DNA of 64,000 nucleotides from Candidatus Omnitrophota bacterium (GTDB lineage Bacteria; Omnitrophota; Gorgyraeia; 2-02-FULL-51-18; JAGOUK01): NCBI GenBank assembly GCA_047639455.1, contig JBLINS010000003.1, positions 3 to 64,002 of the forward strand, read 5' to 3'. Shown piece by piece: positions 29,801 to 36,721 of this stretch (position 1 is its first letter; each line of letters starts with the position of its first letter). The notes under the pieces were generated by a model. It saw only the letters and a program-made list of their open reading frames with translations, ran no database searches and was not told where the DNA came from. The position numbers and the translations under genes were made by a program.

Positions 29801-32635
29801 GGAGGTGAGGGTGTATCCTTAGGTCTTTTTAATGCTCCTGGAATTAATATAGGCGGTGAAGACGCAACAGGTCTTGCTATGAGTTCAATGGTAATGAGCC
29901 TTGAACAATTTATGCCATTTTTTAAAGATTTGCATGCGTTTTTGAAGGCAGCGCCAGATGGCCATAGACGGTTTGTCCTAAGACTAAACGTCTATTTATC
30001 AAAAGATGGTCAGAGCGAAATGAGGCCTGGCGATGAAAACGTCCAGATGATACGAAAATACATTGCAGAGGGGTATCCAGATCTTGTATTCAGGTCAACA
30101 GACGGAACGTTTTTTGAAATCTCTTATAAATCTACCGAGGTAGAAGCTACTCCCAAAACTGCGCCATTCACCCTTGAGAGTACAAGAAGGATATTTGGTG
30201 ATCTTGCAGCCAATCCATTATTGACGGAATATTTTAATTCTTTAGGTCAGACTTTGGAGAATATTTCTGTTTTTGAAGACAAAAGCTCTGGAGCTAAGCG
30301 GGGATTCATTCCTTTTAATTTAGATGAGCATGGGCGTCAGTTTTTCTTTGATTATTTGAAACCCGAAATCCGCCAAATCTTGAAGAAAACTGGAAGAAGA
30401 CCAGATTTATTGAATGGTCCCGAGGACGATCTTAAGGTGAATTCCATCACTGCTACGTCCTATATCCTCACGAGTAAAAGCGGTGACAGAAATATTCCTT
30501 ATGCCATATTGATTTATACAGCCATGGGCCCTATATATCTAGATTTGCTCGAACTCCACAATTCTCAAAAGACAAATCCAGAGACAATTAAAAAACAACA
30601 TAAATCCGTGCACGTTTGGGTCCAAAAATTTGTTGCCAGCGAACACCCAATTGAATCATTGAAGAGATGGAAAACAGTACACAGTCACCTCGTATTAACT
30701 CAATTCACGCGCGTGCCAGAGAATCCGCGTACTGGTTCTTATGAGGATGGAACTGGATCAACAGATTTTCAAAATCCTTGGTATAAAGCCACATATGCTT
30801 TGGATGTATTTCCGGAAGAGAATCGTGACCCTAAAAAATACTTAACTCTATTTGCATTAGAGAGGTATGGACAGGATGGCGAAGTTATGGATGTGACTTT
30901 CACTCCCGACCATCCTTTTAGCGTGGATTGGCAGGATCGTATTGCGCGTTTAATGGAAGCGGATGCCCAAATTGATGGGTTTGTGAAGAATGTTGATGGA
31001 GATATTGAGCAGGGGCGCATGTATGCTGATAGTGCTATCGGCCTTGGGGGTATAGGTAGTGGTGTTGACGCCCTACTCTTGGCGCGTTATGGGGTTAAGT
31101 TGATTCGTGGCACAGATATTTATGAAGCACCCGTAATTTTGTCGAGGCTAAATGCGGTATTTGCCAAAATTTCTGACCAGATTCACCCAGACACTGAGTT
31201 TGTATTTGAGAAAAAAAGCGGATTGCCTTCAATCACATCTGATTTGTCACACTTTATGATGAACACACCAGGGGTTGTGATGGATGATGATCCACACTTT
31301 AAGGGCGTCTTGGCCGAAACAAATATGTCTTTTTCTTCTTTCACTATTCCGTGGTCTGCATTCACTGCATTATTCACAGATACTAATGGAATTGATGATT
31401 TTTTGAGAGTCTCTGAAGAAACCAACTTTAGAACGGTGCTTTTGAGAATGTTTATAAGCCTTAAAGAAGGTGAGTTAAAAGAGGATCTTAATTCAGACTC
31501 GAGTTTGGTTATTGACGATTTTTTAAATAGGTATGACGATTTTGATTTTGATGAATTGGGAGACCATTTTTTCTTGCTTAGCAAAGCGAGAATGGCTGGG
31601 GTGTCCGAAAAACTATTGACTGCTGGGGCTGTTTCTCAGGGTTCTAGGGTTTTTGAATTGAAGCCTATTCAGAATGAGCTTGAGCAAGGCGTGGATGAGG
31701 AAGAAGTGGTTACTTTTGTGGCGCATGTGATTTCGGAGCAAAGTCGTGCGGGAGATTTGGTGGTAGGGGATACGCTTTTGCATATTTTGCAGGATGCTGA
31801 AGGACAGTATTGGTTGGAGGGTTTTGGCGGAGAAGCGCGTTTAATTGACTCTAAGGCTATAGTCTTGAATGATCGCGGGGACAAGGCTCAAGTTAGCATG
31901 TCTATGTCGGACTATCAGATGTTATTCGAGCAAGCAGAAAGAAGTATGGAGCCATTCTTTAAAGGTATTCCTGAAAGCATAACTGCTATCAAGGTGGTCG
32001 AAGCCTTTGATCTTAATATTCTTCCAAGCGATAACTTTGGCACGAATATAGCCTATCAAATAAAGCGCTATATCAAAGAACGTAGGAGTGATTCGAACTT
32101 TGTGGTTTTGTTCCATGGAGATTTATGGAGGATGGACCACGCTATGGCGGAGGTTAGAGATTTACCAGAACGGGATCAAAATTTATTTGTGCAAGACTTA
32201 GCGGATTTGCCCGTGGAATACTTGGAAGACAGCGATGATGTCAGAGTGGTTTCCATCGACGGATTTGATGTTGATGCGAATAGAGTTATCACGCCCAAAA
32301 TACCAGCTGTCGGTCAAACACCTACGCGACATTTTGTAACGCGAGTTTTGAACAAGGGTGAATTAATGCATCCAGCGGCACATAGAGTTGCCAGACTAGA
32401 GGCCCGACTACCTATATTAGGCCCTGACTCTGAAGCTTTATTCGAGAGATTCATTAATGCCTACGAAACTCTTCTAGGCCGTAAGATAGAAAATATAGAA
32501 GAATTCACTTTAGTTTTAGCAGGTTTGGTAGAAATACCCAATTTAAGCACCTATGTTCTCCCAGCATTCTTACGTATAGACAAAATCCTACAAGCCCTCC
32601 GCATGGCCAAACGTATGGCCGAACAATCCGCTTAA
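20804..32635 (+). CDS. giant multidomain protein (3943 aa): Ser/Thr kinase, GHKL-ATPase-like, PLP-like, second kinase-like, PRTase-like motif and tandem methyltransferase-like modules
   Basis: One uninterrupted ORF of 11.8 kb. N-terminal hydrophobic anchor or signal. Kinase motifs HRDLKPSD and DWG. N-box DVLSNA and G2-box GGGKGVGL. PTLTGSFKRR plus LGGGGPIAGAG. Degenerate kinase-like HGEP...LIDLDD. VLFIDDAAYSGRQI. Two paralogous Rossmann modules LAGSGSGVD...NAPG and GLGGIGSGVD...NTPG, each preceded by FSVDWQ. Confidence 0.85.
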   Translation: MINKNPIIKRTTQKKFLRGMAQTLILCLFIQEFAYAAPELLKKDIGSWVSVASQKQKSLKWAKKILPKIPGSVASIDDAWKSSVSVKERDDMTLKSKIATSLLRASRNDRVVILIQDAHTNASAQTNESKLFDILFQSNIIDTVYTEAAKGNVNLTFLRDKASLYKRKQIAKAYLQKGILHGIEYLDLTSEHNFKVEGVEDPSLYYESIDVYRHSLKKRDKYKAYLGKIESTINVLKPKLLNPYLLEFLESYTQVQKEEISFSNYIDILFAQAQLLNLNLKDQPNLQKLKKLKAMEDKIDFETVSLEQQQAIQSLSPEDQEELGDLSLSKLTLKDSQRGFFALLTEKLAKVEGGLSNYPNLAKYLRYLEQSKDLGLADTLNEQKLLEEKIFETLSANDDEAKLLLALKVLQFYKKLFSLSLTPEEYEAFKNENFANLKVLTGFLNQKLMTLKKHYNKALFLKEDFSDMATLSKRFYELTYARDQKFLENMNILTARETGDLKSPSLRSEWATNKEPMLRTGRVSEALSRKRRGNLSSRNSNISALITGGYHTPNLKHLLKQNNISYISITPQVTHETNTQRYEQILLNQPINNLVLPAMNTATTKHAMNPYLAPNAEVPSVFTNRFLSELGVDGRTVSQVRMAKPSESVFGDYDFPSPLIGVMSVGSRLYLGATKDGAEQHFVKLPANKNFAEVIAREAQLIRVLKSDERISPLIPDVIQSGTATEDDVDSLSNLFEGEPYIILKKADGISVINHIESMRDSDKPVEAIEVLAQIAEALATLHNVTDQWKAVYHRDLKPSDIFINKKGSAWSVQFIDWGLSTIEGQKLGKTIQDFSENALSDVDMGDSGRRLDYAGTDSYSGKILDKPLLRDLRAFVAIVRDYAYILGDNKAGYLLDDLLKRRASYPTAQSYANVLQQFLIENKDSTTSTSSMASKPDSPIDDTQASNLDSNAVRMADSEPVYINLAWAWSMVKTFLNKYKPDYASRLDAPRSIPFDIDLILSPESRQLIPPSNMDEEILVILIKDVLSNAFVEPDDGRVRVSFEQNEDKTLVTLKIENQNPIDYDQLMSRAKEALDNKQLYINDLSPHRLEVILPTDRSEYSAEEWQNLQLVDSEEKFLKVLGELGGKERLPFIIGLSRGKEMDPVLGGGKGVGLAMIHDVTSVLGSVFNLESNADIGTRVSISFATRPPSSARMVRRTAAVTRIEKSKEILEKVERTHTQTGLVRWVKKLEQLQGSGIERGVKDVFKYGKGDEGAKLESAKRLVRLFHVTWRADGSPEGVLPEVNARGDGRVRNALLRKYSAERIEKGIKNVREELLEPSGEREAPVVNLSKKIKVLKDFKKDSGIDIDLIASIEYKTHTGRPTLTGSFKRRQFINFFLENIEKFQLKNPKRIKQVFINSSGNAIQGLLFTVKVLKETGLLPKDFTVVMVAHDNLDPTKKKKIEKKYPGDFEEILFIGDFIEQAKELGDVLPADKTDKELHKELEDINALLRYIDLYVASYNKKNPKAPIAHVLPSNGESMALGGASIARNLRDGAKKLGLGEIDTIIEPLGGGGPIAGAGIEAYWYKEEHDHDTKVVGVTSNITVSALADGMAIQAPQSEAMAAQRALGSEAVAFERVPEKFFYKAWVDLQDAGYDAEPTSAASLAYIYWIMSDPSKWHLLKHEDPKKKKVIAFMLSGSNYSKSTLKHARKIYKTENMSGYAYIKAQAPEKQKTKGVRMTIPADAEILKVFSDSRAEVLDRLVNDEVEGLILDIEGNQYLVDSSLGRENFAAWVIVDGAVQEQKVVLKFTKTPGEAVSTKAYHEFRQQLPPDQVNESLDIFVDVLDIFVDVLDVYDEGIDIVVMEYIEGTMLNEIDDTQKQLEHLSSAWKVLHVNHQEYGLFHGEPVAKNIIVTPSGDERLIDLDDIIVLGAQPDIEKFDISNKYADIYYAGQAILELFEIHLLGDESALKDAVTEVNKPFDPDVAKFDVTVDVARSKAPQGIIDIVQRTLPVKGNNAYRSIKQIYTDLDALIMTPNWDKDPNVATTFSLGAKVVHEDQAWREGAVDAIEGATVWVDFGNERNGYGNNGAGLSHVDVSESLPGSTTRMAVQKPIVDMRPDADRVKALIEAQGTPLLQRLMAFLMRHMTYITQAVFEEKLELSVEQFNNNNEREFAVAIIDNVSPDDTSGVMKSNGWTYQIARGMGLRAPKEEISATKASLHTHTTDWLKKPENRAVNDVLFIDDAAYSGRQIEDWLDKVAFALSTEEEFVQRTITIHLAIPFMTNNAKDKLENLAQKFNDHVQRQVLEIQFYDQVIMKNLDEILLAAEEDVREEFGRIFSSDFKKPLTYFEHIRPDYYSTPYPISKGQFSLMEGLVFDAAGEVTHTIPIMPPISKKPYDRDYLTWIQKNILGGEWDSRVDKASEIALKFDDALSEAEQFEERKAGVRDQIIQRALALLEDESLDPGLKDNQFKGEAENAVTPASVVRRSLGEAYQNATYRSVKGSQDEVRVSASILDDVVEIKVSNPGVLRTKGGSENNEEPNDQARFQQLINFGSLITFDAATAFMARLISDDANQSQLGMSILAHMMTILYPADLYPDASYRPNQLIRLEPSGDRTEFILKLPLQPLRDRQARILDSEEHARMSENEALDELLPAAQKTKLKSELDPNSDLPGDDNLPGLRMSALAPKDMSVEKFKELFAPVDTSRTFTTLYNGIGSFDAETVLTPDGDKDAYLEFELKDSGKKFFGQLLASEMLQNDVDGLITDTLRDSPERIMEGRAKILAHKQGDYYYPYGILFFMKGSPPTLLTTVDFFTPSKMASDRYEVMHTAAKSWVDTHIARNNYIKLDGNKLYGTFDFSRRVQVLDKAKVKVQMIEGHRIESNMPWRDYLDKEISEDDRNSSQHLTLLALTRTMPGGNSFPVMMAPDDDFSVDWQELVGEYLERNSIAGQEVSLAGSGSGVDVVQLFKAGAKTVHATDLFDANVLMTEVNVQFAKDLGWIDKSATLYATKQNGIAGGEGVSLGLFNAPGINIGGEDATGLAMSSMVMSLEQFMPFFKDLHAFLKAAPDGHRRFVLRLNVYLSKDGQSEMRPGDENVQMIRKYIAEGYPDLVFRSTDGTFFEISYKSTEVEATPKTAPFTLESTRRIFGDLAANPLLTEYFNSLGQTLENISVFEDKSSGAKRGFIPFNLDEHGRQFFFDYLKPEIRQILKKTGRRPDLLNGPEDDLKVNSITATSYILTSKSGDRNIPYAILIYTAMGPIYLDLLELHNSQKTNPETIKKQHKSVHVWVQKFVASEHPIESLKRWKTVHSHLVLTQFTRVPENPRTGSYEDGTGSTDFQNPWYKATYALDVFPEENRDPKKYLTLFALERYGQDGEVMDVTFTPDHPFSVDWQDRIARLMEADAQIDGFVKNVDGDIEQGRMYADSAIGLGGIGSGVDALLLARYGVKLIRGTDIYEAPVILSRLNAVFAKISDQIHPDTEFVFEKKSGLPSITSDLSHFMMNTPGVVMDDDPHFKGVLAETNMSFSSFTIPWSAFTALFTDTNGIDDFLRVSEETNFRTVLLRMFISLKEGELKEDLNSDSSLVIDDFLNRYDDFDFDELGDHFFLLSKARMAGVSEKLLTAGAVSQGSRVFELKPIQNELEQGVDEEEVVTFVAHVISEQSRAGDLVVGDTLLHILQDAEGQYWLEGFGGEARLIDSKAIVLNDRGDKAQVSMSMSDYQMLFEQAERSMEPFFKGIPESITAIKVVEAFDLNILPSDNFGTNIAYQIKRYIKERRSDSNFVVLFHGDLWRMDHAMAEVRDLPERDQNLFVQDLADLPVEYLEDSDDVRVVSIDGFDVDANRVITPKIPAVGQTPTRHFVTRVLNKGELMHPAAHRVARLEARLPILGPDSEALFERFINAYETLLGRKIENIEEFTLVLAGLVEIPNLSTYVLPAFLRIDKILQALRMAKRMAEQSA
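26264..26313 (+). repeat. in-frame 21-bp tandem repeat (2.4 copies) inside the giant gene
   Basis: ttggatatatttgtggatgtt is repeated head-to-tail and encodes DIFVDVL DIFVDVL DVYD. Confidence 0.85.
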
Positions 32636-33060
32636 GTTCACGTTAACCCTGTCATCATAAGCCCGCTTTTTGGCTGCAATCCTGCCTGTCGGCAGACAGG
32701 GATCCTCCGGTCAAAGTATTTGCTGGAGAGTGCCGAGTTTTGTGTGTCCAAAGCACCATTCTTAAGCTTACTTAGTCATCCTGAAGCTCTGCGGAGCAAG
32801 AGCTGTAAGGATCTCCCAGAATGCTTTTAAACTCAATAAAAGAAACCTACTACAAGTTTTTTGCTGTCAGATTCTTACGCCATCTGCTACGCGATGGCTC
32901 AGAATGACCTTGTTAAAGCAATTTATTCCAGACACACAGAATTGTACATTCTCCTTTGCTGTGAGATCGTCGCACTGTGGTGACGGTGCGAGCTTCATAG
33001 CGAGACACCTAATGCCGGTGAAATTAGAATGAAACCGGCCTGCGCGCAGTTCACGATGAC
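32636..33060. repeat. cluster of MITE/REP-like elements, including the left copy of the 55-bp direct repeat and one 64-nt structured sub-element
   Basis: Left direct repeat ccgaacaatccgcttaagttcacgttaaccctgtcatcataagcccgctttttgg (32619-32673) overlaps the giant-gene stop. gtcatcctgaag and ctcagaatgac arms. Sub-element at 32977-33040. Confidence 0.75.
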
Positions 33061-33129
33061 GTGGGTAGGGATTATTACATTACTTGCTTCGTTTAGAAAA
33101 CTTGATATTGTTGTATATTTTGACTATAA

Positions 33130-34023
33130 TTGTTGTATAAAGGTACAACAATGAATATATGGCAATTTAAACCTCATACGACCAAGGGTCGGGTCCTACT
33201 ACTTTTTTTTAATAAGCCTGCCAAACGCTATTATTTGAGAGAAATAGCGGGGCTTCTTGATATTGATCCCGCTAATCTTTCACGTGATTTAGACACTTTT
33301 GTCAAAGAGGGGCTATTGACCGTAGTACCTGAAGGCAAGCAAAAGTTTTTTGCGCTTAATAAAGAATACGCTTTTTATGATGAATTAAAATCCATTGCCT
33401 ACAAAACCGCACTAGCCGCCAGTAATCGGATTTCTCAATCTAAAAAGACCAATGCGGTTTACGTTATTGCTGGGCCTAATGGAGCTGGCAAAACCACCTT
33501 TGCCAAAACATTTTTGCCTGATCAGCTCAATTGCCACACTTTTATCAATGCGGATCTCATTGCTGCTGGAATAGCCCCTTTGGCACCCGATGCAGCTAAT
33601 TTAAGAGCTGGTCGCCTTCTCTTGGAAGAAATCAAAAGAACAGCCCAAAAAAAAATAGATTTTGCTTTTGAAACTACGCTCTCAGGTAAGAGCTATACAA
33701 GACTCTTTAAAGAGCTTAGTGATCAGGGTTATGCCATCCACTTATTTTTCTTGTGGCTTCCCAATGTGCAATTATCTATAAGAAGAGTGGCTCAAAGAGT
33801 GAAGAGGGGTGGCCACCATATTCCAACTAATGTAATTCGCCGAAGATTCAATCGGGGTATTCATAACCTATTCCACGTTTATCAAGATTATTTAGAAAGT
33901 TGGACTATTTTTGACAATTCCAGTAGTCGCTTTGAAGTTATAGCTAATACAGATGAGTCTAAAGAGATCCAAATTAGCAATCAAGCAGCTTATTCCAAAA
34001 TACTCAAAATAAGGCCTAATTAA
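33130..34023 (+). CDS. winged-HTH domain fused to zeta-toxin-like P-loop ATPase/kinase (COG4185-like)
   Basis: About 95-aa N-terminal HTH-like region (YYLREIAGLLDIDPANLSRDLDTFVKEGLL). Walker A VIAGPNGAGKTTF. Zeta-toxin-family C-terminal block GGHHIPTNVIRRRF. The start could instead be the internal ATG at 33151. Confidence 0.65.
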   Translation: MLYKGTTMNIWQFKPHTTKGRVLLLFFNKPAKRYYLREIAGLLDIDPANLSRDLDTFVKEGLLTVVPEGKQKFFALNKEYAFYDELKSIAYKTALAASNRISQSKKTNAVYVIAGPNGAGKTTFAKTFLPDQLNCHTFINADLIAAGIAPLAPDAANLRAGRLLLEEIKRTAQKKIDFAFETTLSGKSYTRLFKELSDQGYAIHLFFLWLPNVQLSIRRVAQRVKRGGHHIPTNVIRRRFNRGIHNLFHVYQDYLESWTIFDNSSSRFEVIANTDESKEIQISNQAAYSKILKIRPN

Positions 34024-34024
34024 T

Positions 34025-34186
34025 ATGAAAAAGAAACAGAAGACCACCTTGTTGGAAAAAGCCAAAATTGCTATGAAGAAAGCCGTTCGCGAAGCTCTCA
34101 AAGACCATGCTAAACATAATGATGATGTTTATATCTTTAGAGATGGCAAGGTCCAAAAAATAGCCGCCAAAAAACTCCTCGATTAA
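34025..34186 (+). CDS. small Lys-rich ORF (53 aa) immediately downstream of the zeta-like gene
   Basis: MKKKQKTTLLEKAKIAMKKAVREALKDHAKHNDDVYIFRDGKVQKIAAKKLLD. It starts 1 nt after the upstream stop. Not in the supplied ORF table (under 60 aa). Confidence 0.3.
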   Translation: MKKKQKTTLLEKAKIAMKKAVREALKDHAKHNDDVYIFRDGKVQKIAAKKLLD

Positions 34187-34195
34187 TCCCGCATG

Positions 34196-34335
34196 GTCGA
34201 ACAGTCTGCTTAAGCTCACGTTAATCCTGTCATCATGAGCCCGCTTTTTTGGGCGTAATGATCTCCCAGTCAAAGCCTTTTGCTGGGAGATTGTCACGCC
34301 TGCTACGCGGCTCACAATGACGTGAGTGGGGATTC
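34196..34335. repeat. right copy of the 55-bp direct repeat plus a MITE/REP-like element
   Basis: tcgaacagtctgcttaagctcacgttaatcctgtcatcatgagcccgcttttttgg is about 90 percent identical to 32619-32673. Followed by a palindromic partner arm gctacgcggctcacaatgacg. Confidence 0.75.
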
Positions 34336-34473
34336 TCACGGCATGTTATTGAGGGGTAGCCTCTCTGCAATGATGGCACAATTACGTTGATTGACGAAAC
34401 AAGGGGGATGCTCTAAACTATGGTCTCTTTCGGGAATATATAGTAGATAATCGAGTAATTATAGGGAAATAGC

Positions 34474-36489
34474 GTGACTAAAACAGCGACAGATATAGAC
34501 ATTCAAAGCATTAATACCATCCGTTGTCTCGCCGCTGATGCGGTTCAACAGGCCAATTCAGGTCATCCAGGTGCCCCTATGGGCATGGCCCCTATGGCCT
34601 ATGTCTTATGGACACGATTTTTGAAGCATAATCCTTCTAATCCTCAATGGGTGAATCGCGATCGCTTTGTGCTTTCAGCTGGACATGCTTCGGCACTTAT
34701 TTATTGCCTGCTTCATTTAAGCGGTTATAAGGTTTCCTTAGATGATATTAAACAATTTAGGCAATGGGGTAGCTTGACTCCAGGCCATCCTGAGTATGGC
34801 GTAACCCCAGGTGTTGAAACAACAACAGGACCTTTAGGCCAGGGTTTTTCTAATTCTGTGGGCATGGCTATAGCTGAAAGATATTTATCTGATTATTTTA
34901 ATCAAAAAGACACGCAACCTTTGGATCACTATACATACGCAATTGTATCCGATGGTGATTTGATGGAAGGTATTAGTTATGAAGCGGCATCTATGGCGGG
35001 CCATCAAAAATTAGGCAAATTAATTTGTCTATATGATGACAATAATATCACCATTGATGGCGAATTGAGTTTGTCTTTTAGCGAAGATGTGACAATGCGA
35101 TTCAAGGCTTTGGGTTGGCATGTACAATCAATAGAAGATGGTAATACGGACTTAGATGGCATAGAAGCGGCTATACGCGCGGCTCAAGATGTTAAGGACC
35201 AACCTTCCATTATTAGAGTTAAGACAACTATTGGTTTTGGCTCGCCGAATAAGTCCAATGATTCAGCAAGTCATGGAGCACCGCTTGGCGCTGATGAAGT
35301 TGCTGCGTCCAAAAAATCATTAGAGTGTGAAGACAAAGACTTTTATATACCCGCTGAAGTATTAGCACAGTTTAGAAAAGCCATTGATCAAGGTCAAGCA
35401 TATGAAGCTGATTGGAAGACTGTGTGGAGTGACTATGAATCCAAATATGCTGACAAGGCTAAGGAGTGGCAATTATTTTTTAAACGTGAATTACCAGAGA
35501 ATTTGAGTCAGGCATTACCTCAATTCAAACCTGAAGACGGCGCTATTGCGACACGATCAGCTTCCGGAAAAGCATTGAATGCTTTGTCGGCGGTATTACC
35601 TAATTTGGTTTCTGGTTGTGCCGACTTAGCAGGCTCAGTTAACACTTTGATTAAAGATGGCGGTTATATGACGCCAACTAATCCTTTGGGTCGCAATATT
35701 GCCTATGGAATTAGAGAGCATGCTATGGGTGCAATACTGAATGGTATGGCTTTACATGGTGGCATGATGGTATGTGGTGGAACATTCTTAATCTTTTCTG
35801 ATTATATGAAAGCTTCTATTCGTTTAGCCGCTTTAATGAAATTGCCGGTAGTTTATTTATTCTCCCATGATTCTATAGGCGTTGGTGAAGATGGACCTAC
35901 ACATCAACCTATTGAGCAATTAGCTGGCTTACGCGCCATCCCTAATTTGAATGTGATTCGTCCTTGCGATGCTAATGAAACATCAAGTGCTTGGAGAGAA
36001 GCTATTAATCGCAAGACTGGTCCGACTGCTTTGATTTTGAGCCGCCAAAAATTGCCAACCTTAAAGTTATCTGTGCAAGGTCTAACCCAAGGCGTGACAC
36101 AAGGTGCACAAATTGTGCATCATGAAGAGCGCTCTGGCACACCTGACTTGATTCTTATGGCCTCTGGATCTGAAGTGTCTCTTTGTGTGGAGGCGGCAAA
36201 AATACTGGAAGTCAAAAAATTAAGTGTACGCGTGGTGAGTATGTCTTGCTGGGAAATATTCAGAACACAAACAGCTAAATATCAACAAATGATATTGGAC
36301 CCCAATTGCAAAAAACGCTTTGCTGTTGAAGCCGCAGCCACTCAAGGTTGGCATGAATTTGTGGGACAAGAAGGCGGGGTGCATGGCATGACTCGCTTTG
36401 GCGCTTCGGCCCCAGGCGACGTTTTGGCTAAAGAATTTGGTTTTACACCCGAAAATATTGCCGATAAGGCCATGCAACTACTAGTTTAA
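34474..36489 (+). CDS. tkt: transketolase
   Basis: N-terminus ...[30 protein letters not shown] with the ThDP motif region. 671 aa. Confidence 0.9.
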   Translation: MTKTATDIDIQSINTIRCLAADAVQQANSGHPGAPMGMAPMAYVLWTRFLKHNPSNPQWVNRDRFVLSAGHASALIYCLLHLSGYKVSLDDIKQFRQWGSLTPGHPEYGVTPGVETTTGPLGQGFSNSVGMAIAERYLSDYFNQKDTQPLDHYTYAIVSDGDLMEGISYEAASMAGHQKLGKLICLYDDNNITIDGELSLSFSEDVTMRFKALGWHVQSIEDGNTDLDGIEAAIRAAQDVKDQPSIIRVKTTIGFGSPNKSNDSASHGAPLGADEVAASKKSLECEDKDFYIPAEVLAQFRKAIDQGQAYEADWKTVWSDYESKYADKAKEWQLFFKRELPENLSQALPQFKPEDGAIATRSASGKALNALSAVLPNLVSGCADLAGSVNTLIKDGGYMTPTNPLGRNIAYGIREHAMGAILNGMALHGGMMVCGGTFLIFSDYMKASIRLAALMKLPVVYLFSHDSIGVGEDGPTHQPIEQLAGLRAIPNLNVIRPCDANETSSAWREAINRKTGPTALILSRQKLPTLKLSVQGLTQGVTQGAQIVHHEERSGTPDLILMASGSEVSLCVEAAKILEVKKLSVRVVSMSCWEIFRTQTAKYQQMILDPNCKKRFAVEAAATQGWHEFVGQEGGVHGMTRFGASAPGDVLAKEFGFTPENIADKAMQLLV

Positions 36490-36490
36490 T

Positions 36491-36685
36491 TGTCATTGCG
36501 GATTGCGTTGAGACAGGTACTCCGTCATTGCGAGGAGGAACGACGTGGCAATCTAGAGATATTGTTAGCTCTGGATAGGTAAGTTTATTAGTTTTAGATT
36601 GCCGCAGCCAAAAAAGGCCTCGCAATGACGAATGTTAAAAGTTGAGATTGCCACTTCGCTTGCTTCGCGCTCATCGCAATGACGC
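36491..36685. repeat. MITE/REP-like elements (two nested palindromes, gtcattgcgag family)
   Basis: tgtcattgcgg...ccgtcattgcgaggagg...ggcaatctaga // tagattgccgcagcc...cctcgcaatgacg ... ctcatcgcaatgacg. Confidence 0.8.
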
Positions 36686-36721
36686 GGTGTGAAGAATATT
36701 AAAAAAATAGAGGTTAAAAAT

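Noticed and set aside
21888-31884. Numerous 60-140-aa ORFs on the minus strand inside the giant gene (for example 26036-26461 and 28570-28902)
   Set aside because: They are antisense to a continuous 11.8-kb coding frame that has coherent codon usage and recognisable motifs. They are typical spurious antisense ORFs in AT-rich DNA.
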